DNA from: an uncultured Planctomycetaceae bacterium | Lineage (GTDB): Bacteria; Planctomycetota; Phycisphaerae; SM23-33 | NCBI GenBank assembly: GCA_964642165.1 | Contig: CAZXOC010000004.1 | Span: forward strand, 2,200-66,199 | DNA: 64,000 bases | Reading direction: 5' to 3' | In this document: positions 45,242 through 54,513 of the stretch, piece by piece | Numbering within the stretch: position 1 is the stretch's first letter | Layout of the letters: every line of letters begins with the position of its first letter | Made by a program: the position numbers and the translations under genes | The notes under the pieces: generated by a model | Databases searched by the model: none | The model's input: the letters and a program-made list of their open reading frames with translations, nothing else | What the model was told of the DNA's origin: nothing

Positions 45242-45879
45242 TCCTCGCGGGAGATCTGCTCGCCCGTCTCGGTCAGGCCGACCTGGATGTTCATGTAGTT
45301 CGGCGTGATGGCGACGTAGTAGAACAGGCCCTTGACCCACGAGACGACCACGCCGATCGAGAAGATCGCCGCGATCAGCAGGAAGCCCATCCAGCTCATC
45401 GACACGGTGATCCTGCCCAGGGCGTTGAGGAAGGACCCCAGCCAGCCCAGCAGGTGCAGCCAGAGCAGCACGAGCAGCACGAACAGCACGACGATCGCCA
45501 GGACCTTGACGCTCATCTCGTACTCGTCGACGAGGAAGCACAGGACGAAGACGGCCAGCCACACGCCGCCGACCACCCGCGCCGCGACGTCGGCCGCCGA
45601 GGCGGGGATCGCCCCCAGGTCGATCATCAACATGACGCCCGCGCCCACGATCGACGCCAGGATCGCCGGGATGTAGAGCACCTTGCGGCTCCAGTTGAAG
45701 CAGACCAGCCACTCGTTGATGTCCGGGTCGTTCTTGAGCTGCAAGCCCACGCGGACCCGCGTCCGCAGCGTCCGGCGGAACAGCACGAACACCAGGGCCG
45801 TCAGGCCCATCAGGGCGAAGGGAATGCAGAGGACCACGTACTTGTCCCAGCCCCAGTTCCAGTCGATCTTCGCCAGCAT
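45031..45879 (-). CDS. multi-pass membrane protein with C-terminal bacterial PH (YdbS/YdbT-like) domain
   Basis: ORF 45031..46392, trimmed to MLAKIDWNWGWDKY (ATG 45877-45879). About six hydrophobic segments, then ITPNYMNIQVGLTETGEQISREDY..ERILGFGRIVVTF. Confidence 0.75.
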   Translation of the reverse strand: MLAKIDWNWGWDKYVVLCIPFALMGLTALVFVLFRRTLRTRVRVGLQLKNDPDINEWLVCFNWSRKVLYIPAILASIVGAGVMLMIDLGAIPASAADVAARVVGGVWLAVFVLCFLVDEYEMSVKVLAIVVLFVLLVLLWLHLLGWLGSFLNALGRITVSMSWMGFLLIAAIFSIGVVVSWVKGLFYYVAITPNYMNIQVGLTETGEQISREDYNTRVDTSDFLERILGFGRIVVTFRDSRRLPVMLLVGRIGRKAQALESIRGKLAVDRHQPGREGQVSDL

Positions 45880-46054
45880 CTTGCGTCCTTTCCTGTCGAT
45901 CGCCACGGGCGAGGCACCACGGTACCCGACCGCGTCGCGGCGGGCAAGCCTGCGCCGGCGCCGATGACGTTCGACCCGGTCGCCTCGGCTCTCGCCGCGC
46001 GCCTTCGAGGCGGCGACCGCTCGCCGGGTTAGACGCGGCCGGCACGCGAGGAAT

Positions 46055-46408
46055 TCAGGCGTCGCGGGCAGATAGACCTCTCGCCGGCCGGGCGGAGATG
46101 GCCGCGCGCCGAACGCGGACGTGTTTGCCCGGCGAGCGCCGGCGCACCCACCGCACGAACTTCCGGATCCCCGGGTGGCGGCGGATGGCCGACAGCGTGG
46201 CGTACTCCCGCTCCAGCTTCTTTGCCCCGAAGGTGGCGTGCAGCATGTCGTGGCACGCCCCGCACAACATCGCGATCCGCTCGTGCACTTCGCGACGCTC
46301 GAAGGCCTTCTTGTTCTGCTTGTTCTTGTGCCGGGTGCGAGGAATGAGGTGGTGCCGCTCCAGCTTGCCGACGGTCCGGCCGCACAGCTCACAGCGCTTG
46401 TCGTTCAT
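46055..46408 (-). CDS. small HNH-motif endonuclease-like protein
   Basis: C-terminal 117 aa of ORF 46055..47296 from MNDKRCELCGR. CxxC..ERHHLIP..H..CGACHDMLH zinc/HNH pattern. Confidence 0.7.
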   Translation of the reverse strand: MNDKRCELCGRTVGKLERHHLIPRTRHKNKQNKKAFERREVHERIAMLCGACHDMLHATFGAKKLEREYATLSAIRRHPGIRKFVRWVRRRSPGKHVRVRRAAISARPARGLSARDA

Positions 46409-46545
46409 CTCGCCTCGCCTCGTCGCGTCGCGGGCGCCCTCGCCCCGGGGCCCGTTCATTGTACCTGCCCGATCCGTCCGCGCATCGGCAAAGCCGCCCG
46501 AAGCCACGCACCGGCCGTCCGCGCCGATGCCCCGGGGCTCGCCCC

Positions 46546-46573
46546 TTGCAAGCCGCGCCCGAGCGGCTACGAT
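46546..46573 (+). promoter_or_regulatory. sigma70-like promoter candidate TTGCAA-N16-TACGAT
   Basis: Read directly. It would give a ~175-nt leader to the 46754 gene. Confidence 0.2.
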
Positions 46574-46753
46574 ACGCTCACACGCGACGGAAACGCTGGA
46601 GCCGTCTGGAAGTCTCGTCCGATACATCAAAGGAGTCTGTGCCGCTCGCGGAGAGATCGTGCGCGCCGCGATCGGCAGCCGGCGGGGCGGGCTTCCGCGG
46701 CGAGACGCATCGGTCGGCGAGGAACAAAGAGGCCCTGGAAGACAAGGCGGTCT

Positions 46754-47311
46754 ATGGAGCCTCGACCCGAGAGAAGGCATGGCGACTACGAGCCGAGCGG
46801 CATCCGGCGGCTGCTGGGTGCGGCCGGGCGGCTCGTGGGCTTCTGCGCCGCGGCGGGGCTGGCGATGGCGATCTTCGGCTGCGTCCTGCTGCTGCCGGAG
46901 TGTGCCCGCCTGGCCAAGGCGCGCTACCACCTGGCCCGCCAGCAGGCGATCAACGCCGAGCTCGCCGAGCTCGTCCGCGCCAACGAGCGCCTGATCGCCA
47001 ACCTGCCCGACGACCCCGTCCTCACGAAGCGGCTGGCCATGAACCAACTGGGCCTCTGGCCGGAGGACGAGGTGGTGGTTCCCGCCGTGCAGCGCATGCA
47101 ACGCCCACCTCCCGCCGTCGTGCTGATCCGCCGGCGCGTCCGCCCGCAGCCCCCGAGCGGGTGGCTCCTCGACGCCGCCCGGCGCGTCTCGAAGCCCGGC
47201 ACGAAGCGCGGGCTGCTGCTGCTGGCGGCCCTGGCCCTGTTCGCCGCGATCTGGGTCTTCCCGGCCAGGGACCCCGGCCGGAGGGAGAAGGTCCACCCGC
47301 CCGCGCCGTGA
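46754..47311 (+). CDS. small single-pass membrane protein with coiled-coil segment, function unknown
   Basis: Frame of ORF 46121..47311 from MEPRPERRHG. TM LVGFCAAAGLAMAIFGCVLLL, then ARYHLARQQAINAELAELVRANERLIANL. Confidence 0.55.
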   Translation: MEPRPERRHGDYEPSGIRRLLGAAGRLVGFCAAAGLAMAIFGCVLLLPECARLAKARYHLARQQAINAELAELVRANERLIANLPDDPVLTKRLAMNQLGLWPEDEVVVPAVQRMQRPPPAVVLIRRRVRPQPPSGWLLDAARRVSKPGTKRGLLLLAALALFAAIWVFPARDPGRREKVHPPAP

Positions 47312-47377
47312 GCCGCCCAGAGCGCCGGTGGGCTTCGGCGGAGGGCCGGCGGGGCTCGCCCGTCCATCGACACCCCC

Positions 47378-48505
47378 CTATCGGCGGAAACGCAGCGTCT
47401 TGACCCAGGCAATATACGGCTTCTCGACCTGGTCGATCTTCCGGCCGAAGACGTGCTCGATGGCCCGGACGTCGGCGTTGCGGGCGCTGTGGTGGGCGCG
47501 GAAATGCTTGTAGAACTTCCGCAGCAGACCTTTCGTCTGCATGTACATCACGAAATAGCGGGCCTGGGCGTAGTTGTCGCCCTGGAGGCGGCCGTAGAAG
47601 TCGCGCTTGGTCACCAGGTCCCGCAGCGGGCGGAGCGTGCCCTTCTTGACGGCCGACTGGAGGCCCGGCAGGCGCCAGTTCGTCAGGCCGATGATCGTCT
47701 CCTCCCGCACGCTGCACTGCTCGTGGAGGCTGGCGAGGCCCTCGTTGAACCAGGTGGGCACGTTGGGGAAGTCGTAGACGATCAGCGCGTGGGTCAGCTC
47801 GTGCACCAGCGTGCCGGTGCCGGTGTTGATGTTCATGACCATGCGCCGGTCGGTCGGCTGGTAGTAGCCGAAGTACGGCTCGCCGCCCCGGGGATAGTCG
47901 CGCTTGGCGTACCGCTTGTAGTTCGTCTCGCCGGCGAAGAGGAAGATGCTGATGGGGTGCGCGGGCTTCTTGTCGAAGTAGGCCGTCCACATCGCCTTCG
48001 CCGGGCGGACGACGCTCCACTTGGCATACGAGGCGAGCTGCGCCTCGGACGAGTTGCCCGCCACCACGAACGGCGTCCGGACGATGACGTTGATCTTCCG
48101 CCCATGCGCGGTCCGGATCGCCGCCGCTTTCTTCGCGCAGGCCGTGACCAGCTCCGCGGGGGGGTACTTCTCCGGGCGGGCCGGCAGCGTTGCCGCGGGA
48201 ACGCGCGCGGGCGGCTTGACCTTCGCGGCCCGCGCGGAGCGCGGCGGCCGGGCCCCGACCGAACCGATCGGCCCGGCGCCTGCCGAGGCACCCGCCCGCG
48301 GTGCCGCCGGGCGCGCGGGCAGCAAGACACAGCAAGCTGCCGCAGCGAAGACCGCCAAGGCACAGGTGATCCACGCGACGTGCTTCCCGTTCACGTCTGG
48401 CGTCGTCTTCGGCGTGTGCACAGAAGGCTTCCTTGGCTTGGCGGGCCCCGCAGGCCGCGCCCGATCCCATCCGCGAGGCCGCGGGCTCCTGGGGCTTGGT
48501 CGCAC
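47378..48505 (-). CDS. putative zinc metallopeptidase (HExxH; resembles planctomycetal DUF1570-type proteins)
   Basis: 375 aa. Signal anchor VAWITCALAVFAAAACCVLL, LVHELTHAL plus downstream NEGLASLHE. GTG start at 48503-48505. Confidence 0.72.
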   Translation of the reverse strand: MRPSPRSPRPRGWDRARPAGPAKPRKPSVHTPKTTPDVNGKHVAWITCALAVFAAAACCVLLPARPAAPRAGASAGAGPIGSVGARPPRSARAAKVKPPARVPAATLPARPEKYPPAELVTACAKKAAAIRTAHGRKINVIVRTPFVVAGNSSEAQLASYAKWSVVRPAKAMWTAYFDKKPAHPISIFLFAGETNYKRYAKRDYPRGGEPYFGYYQPTDRRMVMNINTGTGTLVHELTHALIVYDFPNVPTWFNEGLASLHEQCSVREETIIGLTNWRLPGLQSAVKKGTLRPLRDLVTKRDFYGRLQGDNYAQARYFVMYMQTKGLLRKFYKHFRAHHSARNADVRAIEHVFGRKIDQVEKPYIAWVKTLRFRR

Positions 48506-48533
48506 GAGCCCCGCGCCGGGTTCGCGCGGACCG

Positions 48534-50219
48534 TCACGACAGCAGGTCCGCCCGCTCCGGGCGGAGGATGTGGCGGAGCTTCTTGAGGGCCTGGATCTCG
48601 ATCTGGCGGACCCGCTCCTTCGAGATGCCGAGGTGGCGGCCGAGCTGATCGAACGTCATGGAGCGCCCGCTGTCGTCCAAGCCGTAGTGGTCGATCAGGA
48701 TCGTCCGCTCGCGCGGCGTGAGTTGGGCAAGGACGGCGTCGAGGCTCTCGCGCAGCTCGGGCAGGTTGACCTCATTGGGGTCGTAGGTCCTCAGGGCGGC
48801 GGCGATATCGAGGACCTCGTCGTGGCCGGTGGTGAAGCGGTCGAGCTGGTAGCGCTCGCGCGGCACGGAGCGAGCGAAGTTGCGAATGATGGCCCAGGAG
48901 GCGTAGGTGCTGAAGCGGTTGCCCCGGGAGTAGTCGAACTTCTCGACGGCCATCATGAGCGAGACGTTGCCGTCGCTGATCAGCTCGAAGAGGCCCTGGG
49001 GCCCGCCGACGTGCTTCTTGGCGATGGAAACGACCAGGCGCAGGTTGGCGCGGATGATCCGGTTCTTGACGACGTTGGCCTGGAGCAGGAGCTGCTCGAT
49101 CTCCTTGAGGTCGCGAGTTCGGACGCGGTTCAGGTCGAGCTTGCTGCGGAGCTTGTCGGCCTTGTACTTGAGGTAGTTGTAGAGCCGGAAGAGGTTGCGT
49201 TCGCCCTCGGGGCTCAGCAAGGGCACCTCGTACAGCGCGCGGAGGTAGGGGGGCAAGTTCCTCGGCGGCCTGGGCGCCTGGGGCGCCTGGCCCGAGGCGG
49301 TTCCGGAGCTGCCCAGGGAGGCCTCGAGGATCACGTCGTCGGCGTTCGGCAGGTCGAACTGGGCGTTGTGGACGCACTTGATGGGCCGGCTCAGGAGCTG
49401 CTTTGCCCGCATCTCGTTGACGATGCGGTAGATGCTGCCGCGCGCGCGGTGGTACCGCTCGGCCAGGTCCGGCACGGACGCGCCGCGCAGGAACGCGCGG
49501 TAGATGGCGTTCTTCTCCTCGTCGCCGAGCGGGCCGGCGAGGTAGGGGAAGACGGCATCCTCGGGATGGTCCTTGTCGTGCTTGCGAATGGTGTAGCGGA
49601 TGGTCTCGATGGCGCGGTGGGTGTGACGGGCCAGGCGCCTCGCGACGTCGCTCAGGCTGCACGGGGCGCGCCGGGCCATCCGCCGGGCGCGGCGGATGAT
49701 GTCCCGCCGTTCCTCGTCGGTCATCTGCGTGAACCGGGCGGACCGTTCGACCTGGCGGCTGCGCTGCCGGACAAAGCGCCGGACGGAGCCTTCCAGGAAC
49801 GCCACGCGACGCTTGCCGTTGGGGAAGACGAGTCTCCGAGCGGCCAGCCCGTTGCGGCGCCAGCGTTGGATCGTCTTGGTCGAGACGTTGAAACGCCGCG
49901 CCAGGGCGGCCGTGTCGTAGACCGGCTCGGGGTACTCGTCCGTGGTCAGCTCGAAGCTGTCGCAGATGTCCAGGATCAGCCGCATCAGGTCGGCCCGGAG
50001 TGTCTTGCCGGACATCGGCTCGGCGGGGGGCAGCTCGTCGCCGTGCGGCCGGTAGCCCGTCAGTCGGTAGACCACGAACTCGTAGGGGTACCGGCGAGCC
50101 GGGCCGATGATCTGCACGAGGCCCTCGGCGGAGTCGACGTAGCCCTTCCGGAGGCGCCTCAATCCGGCGGTCAACTCCCTCGCCAGGTCCTCCATAGGCT
50201 TGTTGACGTACTTCCGCAT
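48534..50219 (-). CDS. sigma-70 family RNA polymerase sigma factor with a ~260-aa N-terminal extension
   Basis: ORF 48534..50423, trimmed to MRKYVNKPMEDL. Regions 1.2-4 are recognisable (YLRALYEVPLLSPEGERNLF, NLRLVVSIAKKH, FELISDGNVSLMMAVEKFDYSRGNRFSTYASWAIIRN, TFDQLGRHLGISKERVRQIEIQALKKLR). Confidence 0.9.
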   Translation of the reverse strand: MRKYVNKPMEDLARELTAGLRRLRKGYVDSAEGLVQIIGPARRYPYEFVVYRLTGYRPHGDELPPAEPMSGKTLRADLMRLILDICDSFELTTDEYPEPVYDTAALARRFNVSTKTIQRWRRNGLAARRLVFPNGKRRVAFLEGSVRRFVRQRSRQVERSARFTQMTDEERRDIIRRARRMARRAPCSLSDVARRLARHTHRAIETIRYTIRKHDKDHPEDAVFPYLAGPLGDEEKNAIYRAFLRGASVPDLAERYHRARGSIYRIVNEMRAKQLLSRPIKCVHNAQFDLPNADDVILEASLGSSGTASGQAPQAPRPPRNLPPYLRALYEVPLLSPEGERNLFRLYNYLKYKADKLRSKLDLNRVRTRDLKEIEQLLLQANVVKNRIIRANLRLVVSIAKKHVGGPQGLFELISDGNVSLMMAVEKFDYSRGNRFSTYASWAIIRNFARSVPRERYQLDRFTTGHDEVLDIAAALRTYDPNEVNLPELRESLDAVLAQLTPRERTILIDHYGLDDSGRSMTFDQLGRHLGISKERVRQIEIQALKKLRHILRPERADLLS

Positions 50220-50606
50220 GACCTCGCCGCCCTCTGCAATGCCCGTGCGCAAAGGCCCATTGGCACGGCTGGCCCCGCTCAGTGTGCCTATAGTATGCGG
50301 GACAACCCCAGAAATGGCAACGGGTTTCTGCCCGTCGGCCGCCCGGGGCGGCCCGGGCGCCGGGAGCACCTGGTTGGCCGATGGCGACGCCCCAGGGTCA
50401 GCCGCCGGCCATGTTCGACACAAGTCCTTTCTTCGAAACGAGCAATCTCGACGGACGGCACCGGGTGGACGCCCGAAGTACGGCCAGGGAACCCGCGCCG
50501 GATAAGCCGGCAGGCGGGACCGAGAGCCAAGGGCCGCAACGGCGGCGCCCTTCGTTCGCGCAGACAGAGTGTCCTATCGCAAACGAGCCGCAAGTGCCGC
50601 CGCAGC

Positions 50607-52232
50607 CTAGGGGCTAGGCGGTTCGGGAGCGGGCGTCCCACCCAGCAGCTTCCGGAAATGGGCCGCGTGCTTCGCCACGTAGGGTGAGGCCTCGGCCCGG
50701 CCGAGCTGGTCCAGCACCTCCGTGCCCTTGCGGCGGTACTCGGCGTCCTGCGACAGCCGGTACAGCGCCGCGTAGGCCGCGGCCGTCTGAAGGCGGTAGG
50801 CCCACTGCAGCTTCTTGTCCTTCTCCTTCCGACCGACGAGCTCGGCGGCGTCTTCGTACCGGATGGCCGCCCACCGGAAGTCCTCCTGTGCGGCGGTCTT
50901 CATCTCCTGGGCGTTCGTGCGGTAGGCGGGGACCTGGGTGACGATGTCGGGCACCGTGTTCTGCACGGGCAGGGCTTCCCAGAGCTTGGTGACGCTGGCC
51001 ACGACGTGGTCGAGGCGCTTCTGGAGGCTCAGGCCGGCCAGGCGGAGCTGGCCCTGCTGCATCCGCATGTCGCCCCACATCGAGACGATCGCCGGGTCGG
51101 AGTCCAGTTCCGGCACGTCCATCGGCGCCTGGTCGCCGGTGCAGCCGGCGTACTTCTTGTACTGGCCCTCGGCGCCGCCGTAGGCCTTGTTGGCATCGTC
51201 CTCCTCGTCTCGGGCCTGCTTGCAGAGATCGATGGTCTTGCCGGCCAGCGTCTCCACCTCCTTCTGGCTGTCGGTCACCAGCTGGACGAAGGCGTCGCGT
51301 TCCTGGCGGATGGTCGCCGTTCGCTTCTCGCGGCGGCTGGCGACCTCAGCGGCGGCCGTCCCGCGTCTCTGCGCCGCGGCAACGTCCAGCTTCAGCGTGG
51401 CGATCTGGGAGGCGAGGAACTGGACGGTGTCTTCCAGCTCGGTGATCCGGACGGAGTTGGCCGTGGCCTGGTCCTCCTTGGCCCGGGCCTTGTCGAACAG
51501 CTCGATGCCCTTGATGGGCCCGGCGAGCTGGCTCTGCACGCGGAGCTCGCGGGCGTCGGCCAGCAGCTTCTCGTTGGCCGTGGCCAGCGAGGCCTTCTCC
51601 TTCTCGTGGGCCTGCCTCTTCTGGGTCAGCCCACCGATCTTCCCCTGCGCCGCGGCGATGTCGGCCTTGGCGCCGCCGGCCATCTTCGCCACGGACGGAT
51701 CGGTGACGCTGAGGAGCTGGTCGCAGTTGGCCACGCGTTTGCCGTGATCGCCCATGGCGATGGCGGCGTCCTCCATTCGCCGCAGGAGCGTCCAGGCCTC
51801 GTGGCGCTTCTGGGTGGCGAGAAGAGCCATGCGATCCCCTTCGAGGGCATGGATGCGCGCGAGGACGGCGTGGGCCAGGGCCTTGTCGACGGGCGGCGTG
51901 TCGCTGTCGGCGGCGGCGAGGGCGGCCGACAGCTCGTCGGCGGCCTGCTTCAGCGCCGGCGCCGCCTTGGGGTTCACCATGCCCAGCGGAACCAGCTCGA
52001 TGGCGTTCGGGTCGTCGGGGGCGTCCTTCCGCTCGGTGAAGGGGGCGTAGTCTCCGCCGACCTTGAAGACCGGGTCGTGCAGCACGGCACAGGCCCGGTC
52101 GTAGAGCCGTCGGGCGCGGTTGGTAGCCTTGGCCAGGTCGCTCCGGGCGTCGCCCCCGCAGCCGATCAGCCCAAACGCCGCCCAGCTGAACGCCCCCAAC
52201 AGTACGAACAGCACACGCTTGTCCTTATGCAC
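50607..52232 (-). CDS. coiled-coil lipoprotein, function unknown
   Basis: 541 aa. Lipobox FGLIGCGG, long heptad-like Ala/Lys/Glu-rich stretches. Confidence 0.7.
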   Translation of the reverse strand: MHKDKRVLFVLLGAFSWAAFGLIGCGGDARSDLAKATNRARRLYDRACAVLHDPVFKVGGDYAPFTERKDAPDDPNAIELVPLGMVNPKAAPALKQAADELSAALAAADSDTPPVDKALAHAVLARIHALEGDRMALLATQKRHEAWTLLRRMEDAAIAMGDHGKRVANCDQLLSVTDPSVAKMAGGAKADIAAAQGKIGGLTQKRQAHEKEKASLATANEKLLADARELRVQSQLAGPIKGIELFDKARAKEDQATANSVRITELEDTVQFLASQIATLKLDVAAAQRRGTAAAEVASRREKRTATIRQERDAFVQLVTDSQKEVETLAGKTIDLCKQARDEEDDANKAYGGAEGQYKKYAGCTGDQAPMDVPELDSDPAIVSMWGDMRMQQGQLRLAGLSLQKRLDHVVASVTKLWEALPVQNTVPDIVTQVPAYRTNAQEMKTAAQEDFRWAAIRYEDAAELVGRKEKDKKLQWAYRLQTAAAYAALYRLSQDAEYRRKGTEVLDQLGRAEASPYVAKHAAHFRKLLGGTPAPEPPSP

Positions 52233-52322
52233 GGTACGCTCTCCTGATCCTCTCGGCGTCGAACCCGACGCGAGAGGCGCCTAGCTTGTATCACGGCGGG
52301 AAGCGGTTTGCAATGTCCTGAT

Positions 52323-52979
52323 TCAGGATGATCCGGTCGGTTCCTCGGCGGGCGCCGCGCGGAGCAGCCGGAGGGCGGCCTCGACACACGGCAGGGGAAC
52401 GGCGTGGTCCGGCGCGCCGCGTCGCGCCGGCGCCGCGACCATCAGCGTGGTGCCGCGTGTCTCGATGCTCCCGCCGGTGTCGGCGAGGTCCGCGCAGGCC
52501 TCCGCCAACGCGGCGGCCAGCGCCGCCGGGCCCCGGTAGCGCCACGCGCCCACGTGCCAGCGGCAGTCGCGGGCGGCCAGCGGCGCCAGCTCGGCGTCGG
52601 CGTCGTGCCACATGAGCAGGTACGGCGCGGCGCGGTCGGCCTCGGCCACGACGACGCTGTAGTGGCGCGTCGTCCGGCGCGTGCCGTGCCCGAGCTCACA
52701 GCGGAAGTCGAACGCGCGGAGGCTCCGGCCGTCGACCCGTCCATCGGTGACGTTGTTCGCGCGCGGGCTGTGCCCCCCGGAGATGACGGCGAACTCGCCG
52801 TAGCGCCGGGGCGCGTCGAAGGGGTCGTCGGGGAAGAACCGCATGCCCCGCTCGTGGGCCTTGCGCCCCAGGCGGCGCGTGCGCCGGACGGTCGCCAGGC
52901 CCATGGCCACAAACGAGATGACGGCTGTCATGAGCACGCCGACCAACACAGCCATCAAGGCGTATCGAAGCACGACCAC
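52323..52979 (-). CDS. membrane-anchored hypothetical protein
   Basis: 218 aa. N-terminal TM ALMAVLVGVLMTAVISFVAMGL. Normal composition compared with the overlapping shadow ORFs. Confidence 0.55.
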   Translation of the reverse strand: MVVLRYALMAVLVGVLMTAVISFVAMGLATVRRTRRLGRKAHERGMRFFPDDPFDAPRRYGEFAVISGGHSPRANNVTDGRVDGRSLRAFDFRCELGHGTRRTTRHYSVVVAEADRAAPYLLMWHDADAELAPLAARDCRWHVGAWRYRGPAALAAALAEACADLADTGGSIETRGTTLMVAAPARRGAPDHAVPLPCVEAALRLLRAAPAEEPTGSS

Positions 52980-53046
52980 GACTGCGCCCCTTCGAGCGGG
53001 CTGCTTCCGGCGCGAGCCCGGCCCTGCGCGCCCGCTCGCGCCTACT

Positions 53047-54240
53047 TCAGAAGGGCACGTCCGTTCTCTTCGCCGGCTTGGTGGTGGGACCGGGGATATT
53101 CAGCCCCGGCAGCCCGGTCGAGGGCGCCATCACGTTCGGCGGAAGCTTCTTGATCCCGTAGTCGGGGTGCCTCGGCCCGGCGAGCTTCTTGATCCACTCG
53201 AGCGTCGTCCGATAGCCGCCGGCGGTCGGGGCCCGGAAGGGGGGACGGATCTTCTTCGGGTGGTGCACTTCGGCCTGCGTCGGCGGAAGGGCGTACTGGA
53301 GGAGCAGGGACCTGTCCGCCTGGCCCCGGCGGATCACCTGCTCGCCCTTCTTGTGGAAGGTGGAGAGGATGAGGAAGTTGGTGTAGTCGACGTTGACGTT
53401 GCGGCCGGACAGGTTGTAGAGCTTCAGCCCGCCCTGGCCCTTCCGCGCGCCATGGCATCGGGAGGATCCGCAGGAGCCGGCGATCCACCGCCAGATGCCC
53501 GTGCGGAACTCTCGCATGGCGGCCGGGTCTGTCTTGACGAGGATGCCGGCGCGGATCGGGTCGCCCTCGTCGGTGTTCTGGAGGATGTACATGGCCTGCT
53601 TAGCCCTGGGCCAGCGGCGGAAGGCCCGCTCGGCGCCCTTCTGGGCGAAGTCGGCGGTTCCCTGCATCTTCTTGACGAACCGGTCGATCACGCCCTTGCG
53701 GAAGTCGACGGTGACGCGGTCGTCGTCGCGCAGTTCCTCCCGGCGGATCCCGTAGATGTCGTCCGTCTGGAGGAAGAGCTTCCCGCTGCGAGGTACCGTC
53801 CGGCCGGAGTTGGGGTCGGTGGGCGTCTCCCCGCCGGAGAGCTTCGCCTGGGCCTCGGCCAGCAGCTCGGAGGCCTTGGCGTGGTCCTTCTTGAGGGCCA
53901 GGGCGGCCTTGAAACGGGAGACGGCCTCCTCGTAGAGCTTCTGCTCCATGGCCCACTGCCCCAGCGCCAGGTGGGCGTCGGGGTCCTTGGCGTCGATCTT
54001 GGCCAGCCGCTGCTCGTACTCGGCATCGGGGCTCAGGATGTCCTCGACGGCCTCGATCTGGTCCTTCGGGTAGAAGACGATCGCCAGCTTTCCCTGGACC
54101 TTCACGCCGGCTTCGCTGGTCTCGATGACGTCGCCGACGATAACGCGGCCGTTCTTGAGCTTGATGCGCTTCTTCTCGGCGAGGGCGGGCCAGGCCAGCA
54201 GCAGGCAGCAGACCAGGGGAAGACATGTCTTTCTAGGCAT
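53047..54240 (-). CDS. secreted protein: small N-terminal beta domain + TPR-like helices + PSCyt1-like motif with CX4CH
   Basis: 397 aa with a signal peptide. RIKLKNGRVIVGDVIETSEAGVKV.., HLALGQWAMEQKLYEEAVSRFKAAL, WIAGSCGSSRCHGARKGQGGLKLYN. Confidence 0.7.
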   Translation of the reverse strand: MPRKTCLPLVCCLLLAWPALAEKKRIKLKNGRVIVGDVIETSEAGVKVQGKLAIVFYPKDQIEAVEDILSPDAEYEQRLAKIDAKDPDAHLALGQWAMEQKLYEEAVSRFKAALALKKDHAKASELLAEAQAKLSGGETPTDPNSGRTVPRSGKLFLQTDDIYGIRREELRDDDRVTVDFRKGVIDRFVKKMQGTADFAQKGAERAFRRWPRAKQAMYILQNTDEGDPIRAGILVKTDPAAMREFRTGIWRWIAGSCGSSRCHGARKGQGGLKLYNLSGRNVNVDYTNFLILSTFHKKGEQVIRRGQADRSLLLQYALPPTQAEVHHPKKIRPPFRAPTAGGYRTTLEWIKKLAGPRHPDYGIKKLPPNVMAPSTGLPGLNIPGPTTKPAKRTDVPF

Positions 54241-54381
54241 ACGTCACCTCGTTTCGACACGGCGAGTCCGTGTGCACATCGTATAGATCGACAGCCGAGG
54301 CACAGGGGGGTTAGCAGAGGCAGGCGCGTCCGGCGGGAGGCCCGGCGCGCCTGTTCCGCGGCCCGGCAGGCCCCGGCACAC

Positions 54382-54455
54382 AGGCGGCAGTGGGATTCGA
54401 ACCCACGAATAACGGATTTGCAATCCGTCGCCTTGGTCCACTTGGCTATGCCGCC
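54382..54455 (-). tRNA. tRNA-Cys (anticodon GCA)
   Basis: The reverse complement folds as a cloverleaf. Acceptor GGCGGCA/TGCCGCC, anticodon arm ACGGA-TTGCAAA-TCCGT, T arm GTGGG-TTCGAAT-CCCAC. No encoded CCA. Confidence 0.93.
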
Positions 54456-54513
54456 TTACTCTGGCAAGTATACGCATACCGTTCGAGAGATCAATCCCGA
54501 GGCGCGCCCCGGG

